The notes: a model not told the origin generated them from the sequence alone. Shown: positions 27,281 through 37,700, numbered from the stretch's first letter. The stretch: DNA of 64,000 nt from Pedosphaera sp. (GCA_031414955.1 JANOQV010000067.1:1-64000), one strand, 5' to 3'. Translations and numbers: made by a program.

Positions 27281-28966
27281 ATGATCATCGGACCTCCAAC
27301 CACCGAACCACGCCTCGCCCCAAGCGCCTTGCTCGCGGAGAAGCTCGCCGCCGTGCGCCGCAAGCAGGTGGGCGTCGCGGCGGGCACTGGTGCGGGCATG
27401 GTGCTGGGCGCGTTCGTCATCCTGATCGCGGCGGTGATGCTGCTCGACTGGTGGCTCGACTTGCGCATGGCCGTGCGCGTGGCCGGATTGCTCCTCTTCC
27501 TTGGCGTGCCGGCGGTTCTGGCCTGGCGTTACATCATCACGCCCCTTCGTCGCCAGCCGGATGACGACTCGGTGGCGCTGCGGGTCGAGAAGTCATTCCC
27601 GCAATTCCGCTCCCGGCTCATTTCCTCGATCCAATTTCCCCGGCCGAGTGGATTGCCGGAAGGCGCCGCGACCTCGCTCGTGCGCATGACCATGGCCGAG
27701 ACGGAGGAACTGGCGCGGCCACTCGACTTCACGGAAGTCATCCCTACGAAGGAACTGACCAAGGTGTCCGGCTGGGCCGTAGCGGTGCTGGCTCTCGGGC
27801 TGTTCTCGTTCCTTTACGGCGGCGAGGTGAGCCGCGATTTGCTCAAGCGCGCGTTCCTTTCCTCGACGCTCGTGCCGCGTCACACCCGCGTGGAAGTCGT
27901 CACCGGCGACACGCGCATCGGGCGCGGCGACGCCCTCCGCATCGAGGCCCTGGCGCGCGGCGTGGTGCCGAAGGCCGGCAAGCTGTTCGTGAAAACTTCC
28001 GGCAAGCGCACGCAGGAATATCCGCTCGACCGCGACAAGAACGGCCGGTTCGTCCGTGCGCTGGAGAACGTGCAACAGGAGTTCACTTACACGGTCCGGC
28101 TGAACGACGGCGTGAGCCGCGAGCATCGCATCACCGTCGTGCCGCGTCCGAGCGTGGCCATGATCCAGTGCGAGCAGACTTTTCCGGCTTACACGGGCTT
28201 GCCCGTCGCCCGGCGCTCGCTGGGTGATCTCACCCTGCTCGCCGGCAGCAAGCTCTCCCTCGCCGTCACCGCCACGCACGACATCAAGAAAGCCTCCATC
28301 CGCCTCGTGGGCCTGAGCAACGACGTGCCCATGCAAATCAGCGCGCAGAATCCGCGCGAGCTGCGCGGCCAGTTTGACATTCCCGCGAAAGGCCTGTCCG
28401 GTTTCGCCGTGGACATGGTGGATCAGAACGACATGAAGTCGCTCGACTCGGCGGTCTATCGCATCGACGTCGTGCCCGATCGCGCGCCCAAGATTCGCAT
28501 CGTCTATCCCGACCGCCGCGAGGAACTCGTCACGCGCCAGGCTGTGCAGCCGATTGGCTTTGAGGCTAGCGACGATTTCCGCATCGCCCTCGCGCGGTTG
28601 CGCTACCGCGTGGGCGAGTCCGAGGAGGCCGAGATCAAAACCATCGAACTCGATCTGGGCACGAATGCGGTGAAGGACTTGAAGAACCGTTACGAGTGGA
28701 GCATCCGTGACTTCCAGCCGCCGCTCGCCGAAGGCACGCGGGTCGAGTTCTGGATCGAGATGCAGGACAACAACGACGTGACCGGTCCTGGCCTTGGGAC
28801 CACGGAGCACCAACTCCTGCGCGTGGTAAGCGAGAACGAGAAGCGCGCCGACTTGCTCAACCGCGCGGGTGATTTCATCGGCACCATCAGCGACGTGGCG
28901 GGCGATCAGGAGAAGCTCAACGCCAATCTTGGCGTGCTCATCATGGAGAAGTCCAAACCGCGTTGA
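27281..28966 (+). CDS. DUF4175-like membrane protein of the BatA cluster
   Basis: Three N-terminal TMs, ALRVEKSFPQFRSRLISSIQF, Ig-like domains, DRAPKI, DDFRI. Confidence 0.75.
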   Translation: MIIGPPTTEPRLAPSALLAEKLAAVRRKQVGVAAGTGAGMVLGAFVILIAAVMLLDWWLDLRMAVRVAGLLLFLGVPAVLAWRYIITPLRRQPDDDSVALRVEKSFPQFRSRLISSIQFPRPSGLPEGAATSLVRMTMAETEELARPLDFTEVIPTKELTKVSGWAVAVLALGLFSFLYGGEVSRDLLKRAFLSSTLVPRHTRVEVVTGDTRIGRGDALRIEALARGVVPKAGKLFVKTSGKRTQEYPLDRDKNGRFVRALENVQQEFTYTVRLNDGVSREHRITVVPRPSVAMIQCEQTFPAYTGLPVARRSLGDLTLLAGSKLSLAVTATHDIKKASIRLVGLSNDVPMQISAQNPRELRGQFDIPAKGLSGFAVDMVDQNDMKSLDSAVYRIDVVPDRAPKIRIVYPDRREELVTRQAVQPIGFEASDDFRIALARLRYRVGESEEAEIKTIELDLGTNAVKDLKNRYEWSIRDFQPPLAEGTRVEFWIEMQDNNDVTGPGLGTTEHQLLRVVSENEKRADLLNRAGDFIGTISDVAGDQEKLNANLGVLIMEKSKPR

Positions 28967-28985
28967 ACTGCGGAATGACGAACCC

Positions 28986-29093
28986 GGAGTGCGCCCGTCT
29001 CGGGCGCAGAAGCATCCGCCGTTTCCAGGTCGCGGTGTTTTTCCGATGTCATCTGCGCCTCGGACATTGCAGCGCCCGGGACGGGCGCACTCC
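28986..29093. repeat. GGAG-type REP doublet between convergent genes
   Basis: ggagtgcgcccgtctcgggcgc inverted against gcgcccgggacgggcgcactcc. Confidence 0.8.
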
Positions 29094-29108
29094 GCGCCTG
29101 GGCCTTCC

Positions 29109-29606
29109 TCACGCCCCCAACATCAGGCGCGTGTCCTCGCTGAGCACCTTCTGCAAGTTCGGCCACTGCGCCTCGTTCATGGCGTAGAAGGCGTGCAGGT
29201 AAAGCGCCACCGATTCCGCCGGATGCTTGCCCAGCAGAAGTTCGACTGCGCTGGTTAACTCCGCGTCGCCGACCGTGGCGGGCAAATTTTCCACCACGCC
29301 CTTGTCGTTCTTGATCTTGAGCGCATCAAGGAAGTCGATCAGCAGCGCGGACTGCGTCTTGACCAGCCAGCCGCTGATGACGTTGCCCGCGATCATGTTC
29401 AGGTCGGTGCGCGCCAGGGCGGGGGCCATGCTGCGGTGGCGATCGGCGCGGGACTGGCGTTCGAGGAACACCGGCCGCACCTTTTTGGCCTGGGCCACGG
29501 CGGCGATGGCCACGCGGTAAAGATCCTTGTCGGCGGTGGCAACTTCGTCCAGCACGCGCTGGGCGAGCGCGGGCGACATCTCTTTGAACATTTGACTGGC
29601 CGTCAT
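29109..29606 (-). CDS. Conserved hypothetical protein
   Basis: Host-like codons; KVRPVFLERQ and LIDFLDALKI motifs; promoter-like TTGCAC-17-TACAAG upstream. Confidence 0.8.
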   Translation of the reverse strand: MTASQMFKEMSPALAQRVLDEVATADKDLYRVAIAAVAQAKKVRPVFLERQSRADRHRSMAPALARTDLNMIAGNVISGWLVKTQSALLIDFLDALKIKNDKGVVENLPATVGDAELTSAVELLLGKHPAESVALYLHAFYAMNEAQWPNLQKVLSEDTRLMLGA

Positions 29607-29764
29607 GCGGGCGCACTTGTACGGGGTGAGAGGGCGGGGTGCAATGATTTCGATGCGGCGGACTGGTGCGCAAAACCCCACCTTTTTTGAAATGACTTTT
29701 GGCTGCCACTCCAACGAAGCCCGACTTGCGAATTTCCATCAAGGACTATTTCGTGCGCCCGCAT

Positions 29765-30187
29765 CTATTTTGGAAGCTGCTCGTAAGATACTGCCTTTGC
29801 TCGAAACACCCTTCTATCACCCCAACCGGAGCGAGATGGTGGAAGTATTATGACTGCGCTTGCTCCCACCACGCGCGCTCGGTAAATGATGGCTTCGGTC
29901 ATTTCCGCCTCTTCACCGGGTGTTCCTTCGCACGTTAGAACGGCGATGTCCTTGTGTGGGCGCTGAACTGGCCGTGTCTCGTCGAAAATGTCCACATGAT
30001 CTGATTCGGCCCGTGGCGAAGTATCATACATGACAATCTTCACGCGAGCGATAAGCTTGGCTTTCCTTTGTGTGATTTTTCTTTCTGTTGCTATCTTCTC
30101 CGCCGTTTTTTGACGTTCCGGATCACTCGCGCAACCCACGACAACCAAAGAAACGAGTATGAATGTGAACAGCGTACGGTTCTGCAT
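29765..30187 (-). CDS. Putative lipoprotein, AT-rich, YbjQ/RcsF-like C-terminal fold
   Basis: Lipobox VVGC; ARVVGASAVII motif; atypical codons. Confidence 0.65.
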   Translation of the reverse strand: MQNRTLFTFILVSLVVVGCASDPERQKTAEKIATERKITQRKAKLIARVKIVMYDTSPRAESDHVDIFDETRPVQRPHKDIAVLTCEGTPGEEAEMTEAIIYRARVVGASAVIILPPSRSGWGDRRVFRAKAVSYEQLPK

Positions 30188-30353
30188 AAGGTGCCTTTTG
30201 AAGGCAGTATTCTAACGCTGCGTAGCGTGGTCAAGTGAGTTTGAGGTCGGAGTGCAGCAGGACATTGCACGGAACATCGGCTTGGTTCAGCGTGGAGATA
30301 TTCCCGATAGCTCGAATTCTCTGCGTCGGTTCTGAACTTGAGCCCTCAGGTTC

Positions 30354-30476
30354 ATGCACCGGCTGACTTGGAAACTGTGGGCGTGCGCTTGCGCCGTCAC
30401 GTTGCTCCTCACCGCCTTCCGATCAGGTTTGTCGCTGTTGTCATTCCAAGCGTGCTGCCGTAGTCTGCGCCCATGA
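30354..30476 (+). pseudogene. Relic 5-prime end (signal peptide) of the downstream ASPIC/UnbV lipoprotein gene
   Basis: MHRLTWKLWACACAVTLLLTAFR is in exact register with MNRSSLNVLVLFLTALSLLTACR; 18-bp repeat 30404-30421 vs 31250-31267 with 1 mismatch. Confidence 0.65.
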
Positions 30477-30787
30477 TCGCAACGGCTTCCAGCAGTCACA
30501 TCCGCGTGGACAAGTCCGGCGTGGCTTGGATTGATGACACCAACGTGAAGGTCGTCGAGGTCATGCTCGACCATCTGGCCTACGGGCACAGTCCCGAGGA
30601 GATTCATCTGCAACATCCGCACCTCTCGCTGGCTCAGATTCATGCTGGCTTCACCTACTACTTCGACCACCAGGAAGCGATGGATGCGGAACTGGCCCGT
30701 CGTTATGCGCGCACTGAGGCGCTCCGGGCCAAGGCTGCTCCGCAACTCTCCCGCAAGAAACTCTTCGCGCGTCTCCAGAAGCGGTGA
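30473..30787 (+). CDS. DUF433-family antitoxin
   Basis: GVAWIDDTNVKV, GHSPEEIHLQHPHLSLAQIHAGFTYY; TTGTCA-17-TAGTCT promoter 6 nt upstream. Confidence 0.88.
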   Translation: MIATASSSHIRVDKSGVAWIDDTNVKVVEVMLDHLAYGHSPEEIHLQHPHLSLAQIHAGFTYYFDHQEAMDAELARRYARTEALRAKAAPQLSRKKLFARLQKR

Positions 30788-31134
30788 GCCTGCGCCTCTA
30801 CATGGATGTGCATGTCCGCCGTCCCGTCACGACTGGCCTCCGTCGGCGCGGCGTCGAGGTCATCACCGCGCAGGACGATGGCACGACCCGCCTGGCCGAC
30901 GACAAGTTGCTCGACCGGGCGCACCAATTGAACTGTGTGCTCTTCAGCCAGGACGATGACTTGCTGGAGGAAGCGGCCACGCGCCAGCGGAAGGGCGTGG
31001 CCTTTGCCGGCGTCATCTACGCGCATCAACAGAACGTGACCGTGCGCCAGACCATCGAGGATTTGGAATTGATGGCGAAGGCGTGCGAGCCGGAGGAGTT
31101 GGCAAATCGGGTGACGTATCTGCCTTTGCGCTAA
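30784..31134 (+). CDS. DUF5615 PIN-like toxin
   Basis: LYMDVHV, DDKLLDRA, LFSQDDDL, GVIY; coupled to the DUF433 gene. Confidence 0.88.
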   Translation: MSLRLYMDVHVRRPVTTGLRRRGVEVITAQDDGTTRLADDKLLDRAHQLNCVLFSQDDDLLEEAATRQRKGVAFAGVIYAHQQNVTVRQTIEDLELMAKACEPEELANRVTYLPLR

Positions 31135-31199
31135 CGCCACTCCTGCGGGCGGAGTTTCGCTCGCCACGGTGATGGAGATTCGTATGCTGTCCCCATCCT

Positions 31200-34100
31200 A
31201 TGAATCGGTCGTCGCTCAACGTGCTCGTGCTGTTTCTCACGGCGCTCTCGCTCCTCACCGCCTGCCGCGAGAAGAAGGCGGCGGCGACCGGCGACGAGTT
31301 CCTCCGCTTGAGCAACGTGGGCAAGGCCCAGCTCGACCGAGGGGAGGGCGCGCCGGCGTTGGCCACCTTCGAGAAGGCGCTGGCCCTCCAGCCCGATCAT
31401 CCCGACGCGAAGTTGAACCTCGCCAACGCCCTCCTGCTCACGGACCAGCCGGAGCGCGCCCGGCAACTGGCCACGGCGGTGCTGGAGGCGGAGCGCAGTT
31501 CGGCGACGGCGCTTTACGTGGCGGGCGTGGCGTCGTTGCGCCTGCGCGACCACACCAACGCCATCCAGTTCCTCCAGCAGGCGCGCGACCTCGACGTCCG
31601 CGTGAACGCCGTGAGCCTGCAACTGGGCCTGGCCTACGAGGGGCTGGGGAAGTTCGAGGAGGCGCTGGCGTTGTATGAGGAGTTGGCGCAGTTCGACGCG
31701 GAGTTTCCCGGCATTCACTTCCGCCTCGCCACGGTTTATCGCCGGCTCAATCGCGAAGCCGACGCCCAGACCCAGACCACCGCGCACACTGCCTGGATGG
31801 CGAAGAACCCCGGCGCGAATCTCACGCCCGTCGGACTGGAGCGTTGCAAATACACCGAGGCGCGCGTGCCCTTCCAACTGGAGCAGCCCGAGCGCGAGGG
31901 CGTGAAGGTGGTCTTCACCGACGCGACGGCGCAGGTCTTCCCGGATGTGAACGGCGCGTCATTCACCGGCCCGGTGGGCACGATCGACTTCGCGCGCGAT
32001 GGCACGAATCATTTGCTCGTGCGGCAGGGTGACAGCTTTCGCCTGTTGCGGAATGCAGGCGGGAAGTTCATCACCACGGAGCAGAGCTGGCCTTTCACCA
32101 ATGGCGGCACCTACTCGCGCTGGCTCGTCGCCGACTTGAACAAGGACGCCATCCCCGACGCGCTGGTGCTCGGCGACCGTGGCGTGCATCTCTATCGCTT
32201 CACCACCAACGGCACCGCCACCGAAACGACGCGCTTCGCCGGCCTGCAAGACTTCGCCGCCGTCGATGGCCTCTTCGCCGACCTGAACTTCCGCGGCGAT
32301 CTCGACCTCGTGACCGTGGACACGAACGGCGCGCTCCGCGTGATGAGCAACCTCCAGAACATGTATTTCGTCGATACGAGCACGAACGTGCCGGTGATGA
32401 CCAAGGTGAATCAGCTCGCGACCGATGATTGGAACAACGACGAGACGGGGGATTTGTTTGTGTCGAGCGCAGGCGCTGGGGTGAGTTTGCTGCTCAAGCA
32501 GCGCGGCGGCGCGTGGTCGAATGACGTGTCGGTAGGGCGCGGTGTCCCCACCGCGCCGGGCGAGGGTGCCATCGCAGTCAGCGACTTGAACAATGACCTG
32601 CGCCCTGACCTGATCACCGTGCGTGACGGACTTATGGAACTCACCTTCAACGGCACCACCAACCGCGCGGTCATCGCTCTCGGCGGCTTTCAGCCCAGCC
32701 AGTTGAAACTCATCGACTACGACAACGACGGCTGGCTGGACATTGTCGGGCTTGGCACCGGCTTGCGCGTCTTCCGCAACCTCGGCGCGAATGGATTCAC
32801 TGATGTCACCACCGCACTCGGCCTCGACAAACTCACCGGCCGCATCGACTCCTTCGTCGCGGCCGACTTTGACGGTGACTGCGACACGGATTTTGTCGTC
32901 AGCCTCATCGGCGGCGGCCTGCACTTTCTGCGCAACGACGGCGGGAACAAGAATCACCAACTACGGCTTGCCTTGCAGGGCACGCGCTCGAACACCAGCG
33001 CGCTGGGCATTCGCGTGGATGTGGTCGCGGGCGGGTTGCGCGTGTCGCGCCGGGTCCAGGAACTGCCCGTGGAGATTGGCGTGGGCCAGCACCAGATGCT
33101 CGATGCGGTGAACGCGCATTGGTTTGAACTCAGCCCGAGCTACACCGAGATCAATCTCACCAACTGTGCTCCACTCAGCATCATCGAACTGGCTTTGCCC
33201 ACTGGCTCATGCCCGTATCTCTACTCGTGGGATGGCGAGGGAATGCGTTTCGTGAGCGACCTGTTGTGCTCCGCGCCGCTCGGCCTGCCTGTCGCGCCCG
33301 GCATCTACATCGAAGCGGACGAGGACGAGATCGTTCATCTCGGGAACGAGCAGAACTTCAAGCCGAAGATGTCGCGCGAAGGGGCGAAGGGGGCGAAGGA
33401 AAGCTACGTGCTGAACATCACTGAGGAGTTGCGCGAGGTGCTTTATTTGGATGAGGCCAAGCTGCTTGTGGTGGACCATCCGCCCGGCACGGAGGTTCAC
33501 ACCACCGAGAAAATGCTGGCCCGCCGACCGGCCGGCGGGTTCTCCAAGGATGAAATCGTGACGCTCAAGAATCGCTGGCCGCTCCGCTCTGCTGTGAACG
33601 ATGCGGGCTTGGATGTGACGCGGGCCGTCGCTGAGATCGACGAAGTATTCGCCTCGCCCACCAAGCTGCGTGAGCCGCAACTGCGCGGTCTGGCCGAACC
33701 GCACAGCGTCGCCTTCGCCTTCGGTGCCTTGCCGGCGGATAAGCCGCTCGTGCTCGCGCTCACCGGCTGGCTGCGCTTCGGCGGGGGCATGGCCAACATC
33801 GCCGCTTCCAGTTACCGCGACTTTCCGTTTCCGTTCCCGGTGTTGGAAGCCGAGGTCAACGGTCAGTGGCGGAAGTTGGAGGTCGAGGTCGGCGCGCCTT
33901 CCGGCCGGGCCAAGACCATCCTCGTCGATCTGGCGGGCATGCTTCCGGCGGGCGCGCAACGGCTGCGACTGACTGCAGCCTTCGAGATTCACTGGGACCG
34001 AATCGCCCTCTTCGAGCGTGCGGGCGAAGGGCAAACCACTGTGACGCGCTTCGCCCCGACGCAGACCGGCCTGCATCGTCGCGGCTACAGCGAGATGGCG

Positions 34101-34658
34101 CCGCTGGCCAAGGTAGGGCGCGGTGTCCTCACCGCGCCGGTCTCCGGCGAGATCGATGATGCTGGAGCGACCGATGCCCGCGGCGCGGTGAGGACACCGC
34201 GCCCTACCATTCTGGGCGCGCCGACGCTCATCATCCCGGATTACGAACGCGTTCAATCGGCTCCGCTCTGGCGGCTCACGCCCAGCGGTTGGGCCACGCG
34301 CTACGGCGAGGTGAACAAACTCATCGCCAGCCGCGACAACTCTCTGGCGCTCATCTGCGCGGGTGACGAACTCACGCTGGAGTTCCCCGCCAGCCAGCTT
34401 CCGCCCAAGCCCGCCGGTCAGGTGCGCGACTTTTTCCTGTTCGTTTCCGGCTGGGACAAGGACTCCGACTTCCACGTGGCCAGCGGCACGACCATCGAGC
34501 CGCTGCCCTGGCATGGGATGAACGACCAGACGTACGCGACTGCACCGCGGCCTGCCTTCACGAACGACGCGTGGATCCAGAAATACAACACGCGCTGGGT
34601 GGGGCCGCGCATCCTCTCATCCGGCGCGCGTAACGCCGGCTTTCCAGCCCGCAGGTAA
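31200..34658 (+). CDS. TPR + FG-GAP/VCBS + ASPIC/UnbV (CRTAC1-like) lipoprotein
   Basis: Lipobox LTAC, TPRs, DxNxDxxxD repeats, LQGTRSNTSALGIRV, SCPYLYSWDG. Confidence 0.88.
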   Translation: MNRSSLNVLVLFLTALSLLTACREKKAAATGDEFLRLSNVGKAQLDRGEGAPALATFEKALALQPDHPDAKLNLANALLLTDQPERARQLATAVLEAERSSATALYVAGVASLRLRDHTNAIQFLQQARDLDVRVNAVSLQLGLAYEGLGKFEEALALYEELAQFDAEFPGIHFRLATVYRRLNREADAQTQTTAHTAWMAKNPGANLTPVGLERCKYTEARVPFQLEQPEREGVKVVFTDATAQVFPDVNGASFTGPVGTIDFARDGTNHLLVRQGDSFRLLRNAGGKFITTEQSWPFTNGGTYSRWLVADLNKDAIPDALVLGDRGVHLYRFTTNGTATETTRFAGLQDFAAVDGLFADLNFRGDLDLVTVDTNGALRVMSNLQNMYFVDTSTNVPVMTKVNQLATDDWNNDETGDLFVSSAGAGVSLLLKQRGGAWSNDVSVGRGVPTAPGEGAIAVSDLNNDLRPDLITVRDGLMELTFNGTTNRAVIALGGFQPSQLKLIDYDNDGWLDIVGLGTGLRVFRNLGANGFTDVTTALGLDKLTGRIDSFVAADFDGDCDTDFVVSLIGGGLHFLRNDGGNKNHQLRLALQGTRSNTSALGIRVDVVAGGLRVSRRVQELPVEIGVGQHQMLDAVNAHWFELSPSYTEINLTNCAPLSIIELALPTGSCPYLYSWDGEGMRFVSDLLCSAPLGLPVAPGIYIEADEDEIVHLGNEQNFKPKMSREGAKGAKESYVLNITEELREVLYLDEAKLLVVDHPPGTEVHTTEKMLARRPAGGFSKDEIVTLKNRWPLRSAVNDAGLDVTRAVAEIDEVFASPTKLREPQLRGLAEPHSVAFAFGALPADKPLVLALTGWLRFGGGMANIAASSYRDFPFPFPVLEAEVNGQWRKLEVEVGAPSGRAKTILVDLAGMLPAGAQRLRLTAAFEIHWDRIALFERAGEGQTTVTRFAPTQTGLHRRGYSEMAPLAKVGRGVLTAPVSGEIDDAGATDARGAVRTPRPTILGAPTLIIPDYERVQSAPLWRLTPSGWATRYGEVNKLIASRDNSLALICAGDELTLEFPASQLPPKPAGQVRDFFLFVSGWDKDSDFHVASGTTIEPLPWHGMNDQTYATAPRPAFTNDAWIQKYNTRWVGPRILSSGARNAGFPARR
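32531..32558 (+). repeat. Single GTAG REP translated in frame
   Basis: ggtagggcgcggtgtccccaccgcgccg, 1 mismatch to 34112-34139; encodes VGRGVPTAP. Confidence 0.8.
34112..34208. repeat. GTAG REP doublet translated in frame
   Basis: Perfect 28-bp inverted arms 34112-34139 / 34181-34208. Confidence 0.88.
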
Positions 34659-34750
34659 AGAGGTTTTCCAACCTCGTGTTCGCGGGCTTCAGCATCTTCA
34701 CCGCGAGACTGGAAAGTCTCGCGACCTGCCGCCTGGAAAGCCGGCCCTAC
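34628..34750. repeat. GTAG-type REP doublet overlapping the gene end
   Basis: cgtaacgccggctttccagcccgcaggt... inverted against ...acctgccgcctggaaagccggccctac; contains the TAA of the upstream gene. Confidence 0.7.
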
Positions 34751-34799
34751 TTTTTGCTCGGACCGTATTTGTCCCACCTCGCGCATTACTCTGGCGCCC

Positions 34800-37700
34800 G
34801 TGAATGAGTTGCGAGAGAACAGCGCGGTGCAAATCCGCTTCCTGCTCGGCCCCGCCGGCACTGGGAAAACTTTCCGGTGCCTGGCGGAGGTTCGTGCTGA
34901 GTTGAAGGGGGATCCGGCCGGCGCGCCGCTGCTCTTCCTTGCTCCCAAGCAGGCCACGTTTCAAATCGAGCGCCAGTTGCTGGCTGATCCGGAACTGCCG
35001 GGATACACCCGGCTGCACATTCTTTCCTTCGAGCGGCTGGCGGATCACATCCTCGACGCCTTGGGTCGTCCGCCGCCCCGGCTCCTGGATGACGAGGGGC
35101 GCGTGATGGTGCTGCGCGCGCTGCTCACCGAGCATCACGCCCGGCTCGAGTTGTTCCGCGCCAGCGCCCGGCTGCCGGGTTTCGCGCAGCAACTCAGCAC
35201 GCTCCTGCGCGAGTTGCAGCGGGCCCGTCTGGGCCCGGACGCGGTGGCGGTCGCGGCCCGCGGACTGGGGGAGACGCCGCTGGCCCGCAAGCTCCGCGAC
35301 GTGGCGCTGATTTTCCGCGAATACCTTGCCTGGCTGGACCGCGAAAAACTGGAGGACGCGGACCGTCTGCTTGAGCTGGCGGCCCGAGCCTTGGAGGAGC
35401 AGGGGGCGAGGTCTGGCCCCAAGGCGTTGTTCGGCGGCCTGTGGCTGGACGGCTTCGCGGAAATGACCGAGCAGGAACTGTCGTTGCTGCGCCAGGTGCT
35501 GCCGTGGACAGCCGGCGCCACGCTGGCTTTCTGTTGCGAGCCGGAGGCGCTCGCTCCCCGGGAAGAGTTTTCCCCGTGGTCGGTCATTGCCCAGACCGCG
35601 CGCCGGTGTCTGCATGCCCTGGAGCCGCTCGTTCCGAACCTGAGGCCCGAAGCCTTGCCCCGCGCCGCGCCGCACCATCGCTTTTCGGAGTCATCGGAGC
35701 TGGCGCACCTGGAACGGCACTGGACCTCAGCCACACCCCGGGCTGGTGCAACAAAACCGGAGTCCGTGCGCGTGGTCCGCGCGGCCACGCCGGAGGAGGA
35801 AGTCGTTTTTGCGGCGCGGGAGATTCTGCGCCATGTCCAGGCCGGCGGACGCTACCGGGAGACCGCCGTGCTGGTGCGCCGGTTGCAGGCTTATCAGGAC
35901 ATTCTGCGCCGCGTGTTCACGCGTTACGGCATCCCGCACTTCATCGACCAGCGTGAGTCCATCGCACATCACCCGCTGGCCGAGTTGACGCGCTACGCCG
36001 TGCGCACGCTCGCGTTTGGGTGGAAGCAGGAGGACTGGTTCGGCCTGCTCAAGAGTGGTCTCGTCGGCGTGCCGGACCTGGAAATCGACTGGCTGGAAAA
36101 CGAGGCGCTGGCCCGGGGCTGGGAAGGCCACGCCTGGCTGGAGCCCATCCGGCTGGAGAACGATCCGTCGCTCGGCGAGCGATTGGAATCGTTGCGTCGG
36201 CAGGCGATTGGTCCGGTGCGCGCATTTCACTTCTCCCTGACCGGGGACGGCGGCAGCCACCGGTCCAACGGAACGGAACTGGCGGCTGCGCTTCGCCGGT
36301 TGTGGCAGGCGTATCGAGTCAGCGATCAACTCGACGAGTGGGCCCGCGAGTCCAGCGGCAGCGCCATTCACGCCACGGTTTGGGAACAGATGGAACGCTG
36401 GCTGCAAACCATCGCGCTCGGCTTTGCCCGTCAACCACTGCCGTTGCGCGAGTGGCTGCCCATCATTGAAGCCGGGCTGGCTGGCCTGACCGTCGGCGTC
36501 ATTCCGCCGGTGCTCGATGAGGTGCTGGTCGGCAGCATCGACCGCTCACGCAATCCCGATTTGCAACTCGCCCTGGTGCTCGGCGTGAACGAGGGCGTGT
36601 TCCCGGCGCCGCCCGCCGAGCCGGTTCTGCTGACCGAGATGGAGCGCGCGCAAATCGAAGGCCCGCTCCGGCTCGGGGGTGGCGTGCGCCAGCAACTCGC
36701 CCACGAGCGATTCTACGGTTACATCGCCTTCACCCGTGCGCGGCGGAAGCTGGTCGTCCTGTTCAGCGACGCGGACCGGCTGGGGCGCAAACACAACCCA
36801 TCCGTCTTTGTCGCGCATTTGCAGCGCCTCTTTCCGGCGCTGGCGGTTGAATCCGCCGCTGAGGATCAGGAGCCGTTGCACCTGAGTGAATGGACGGTGC
36901 CGCTGCTGCGCGCTGACGCGGCCGGCGATCCGGCGGCCGGCACCTGGCTGGCCGCCCCGGCCTTCGCCCCGGTCCGGGCCCTGGCCGAGAGGCTGCGCGC
37001 ACGCGGGCGCGATCAATTGTCCCCGCCCGTCGTGGCCCGGCTGTATCCGGCCCGGCTCCTCACCTCCGTCAGCCGCCTGGAGGAGTTTGCCGCCTGCCGG
37101 TTCCGCTTCTTTGTCAAAGTCGGCTTGCGCGCCCGGGAACGCCTGCGCTACGAGGTGGATGTGCGCCACCGGGGAACTTTTCAGCACGAGGTGCTCAAGG
37201 CCTTTCACGAAGCGGTGATGGTGCGGCCCGGAAGCTGGAGAAAAATCGAACCCGGCCCGGCCCGGATACTGATCCGCGACCTCGCCGTGGAGATGCAGCC
37301 GAAGTTCAACGACGGCGTGCTCGTCGCCACCGAGCGCGACCGGGTCGAGAGCGGGAATTTGATTTCGGCGCTCGAAGATTTCATCGAGACGATCATCGGC
37401 TGGATGCGGTCATACGAATTCGAACCGCGCGCGGTCGAACTGCGCTTCGGGCCGGAAGGGCCGTTGCCACCGTGGGAGCTGCCGCTGGACGGCGGGCGCA
37501 CGCTGGCCTTCACCGGCTCGGTGGACCGGGTTGATCTGCTGGTCGATCCGGCCACGCGGCGCGCGCGGGTGGTGGTGATGGATTACAAGTCCAGTGCGCG
37601 TACGGTGGACGAGAGGCAATTGGCGGGCGGCGTGCAGTTGCAACTCTTCGCCTACCTCGCGGCACTCCGTCGGCTGCCGGAGGCCGCGCGCCACTTCCAA

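Noticed and set aside
31128..31170. attC-like site after the DUF5615 gene (gctaac...gtt)
   Set aside because: Too short, no L boxes, no integron integrase or cassette array
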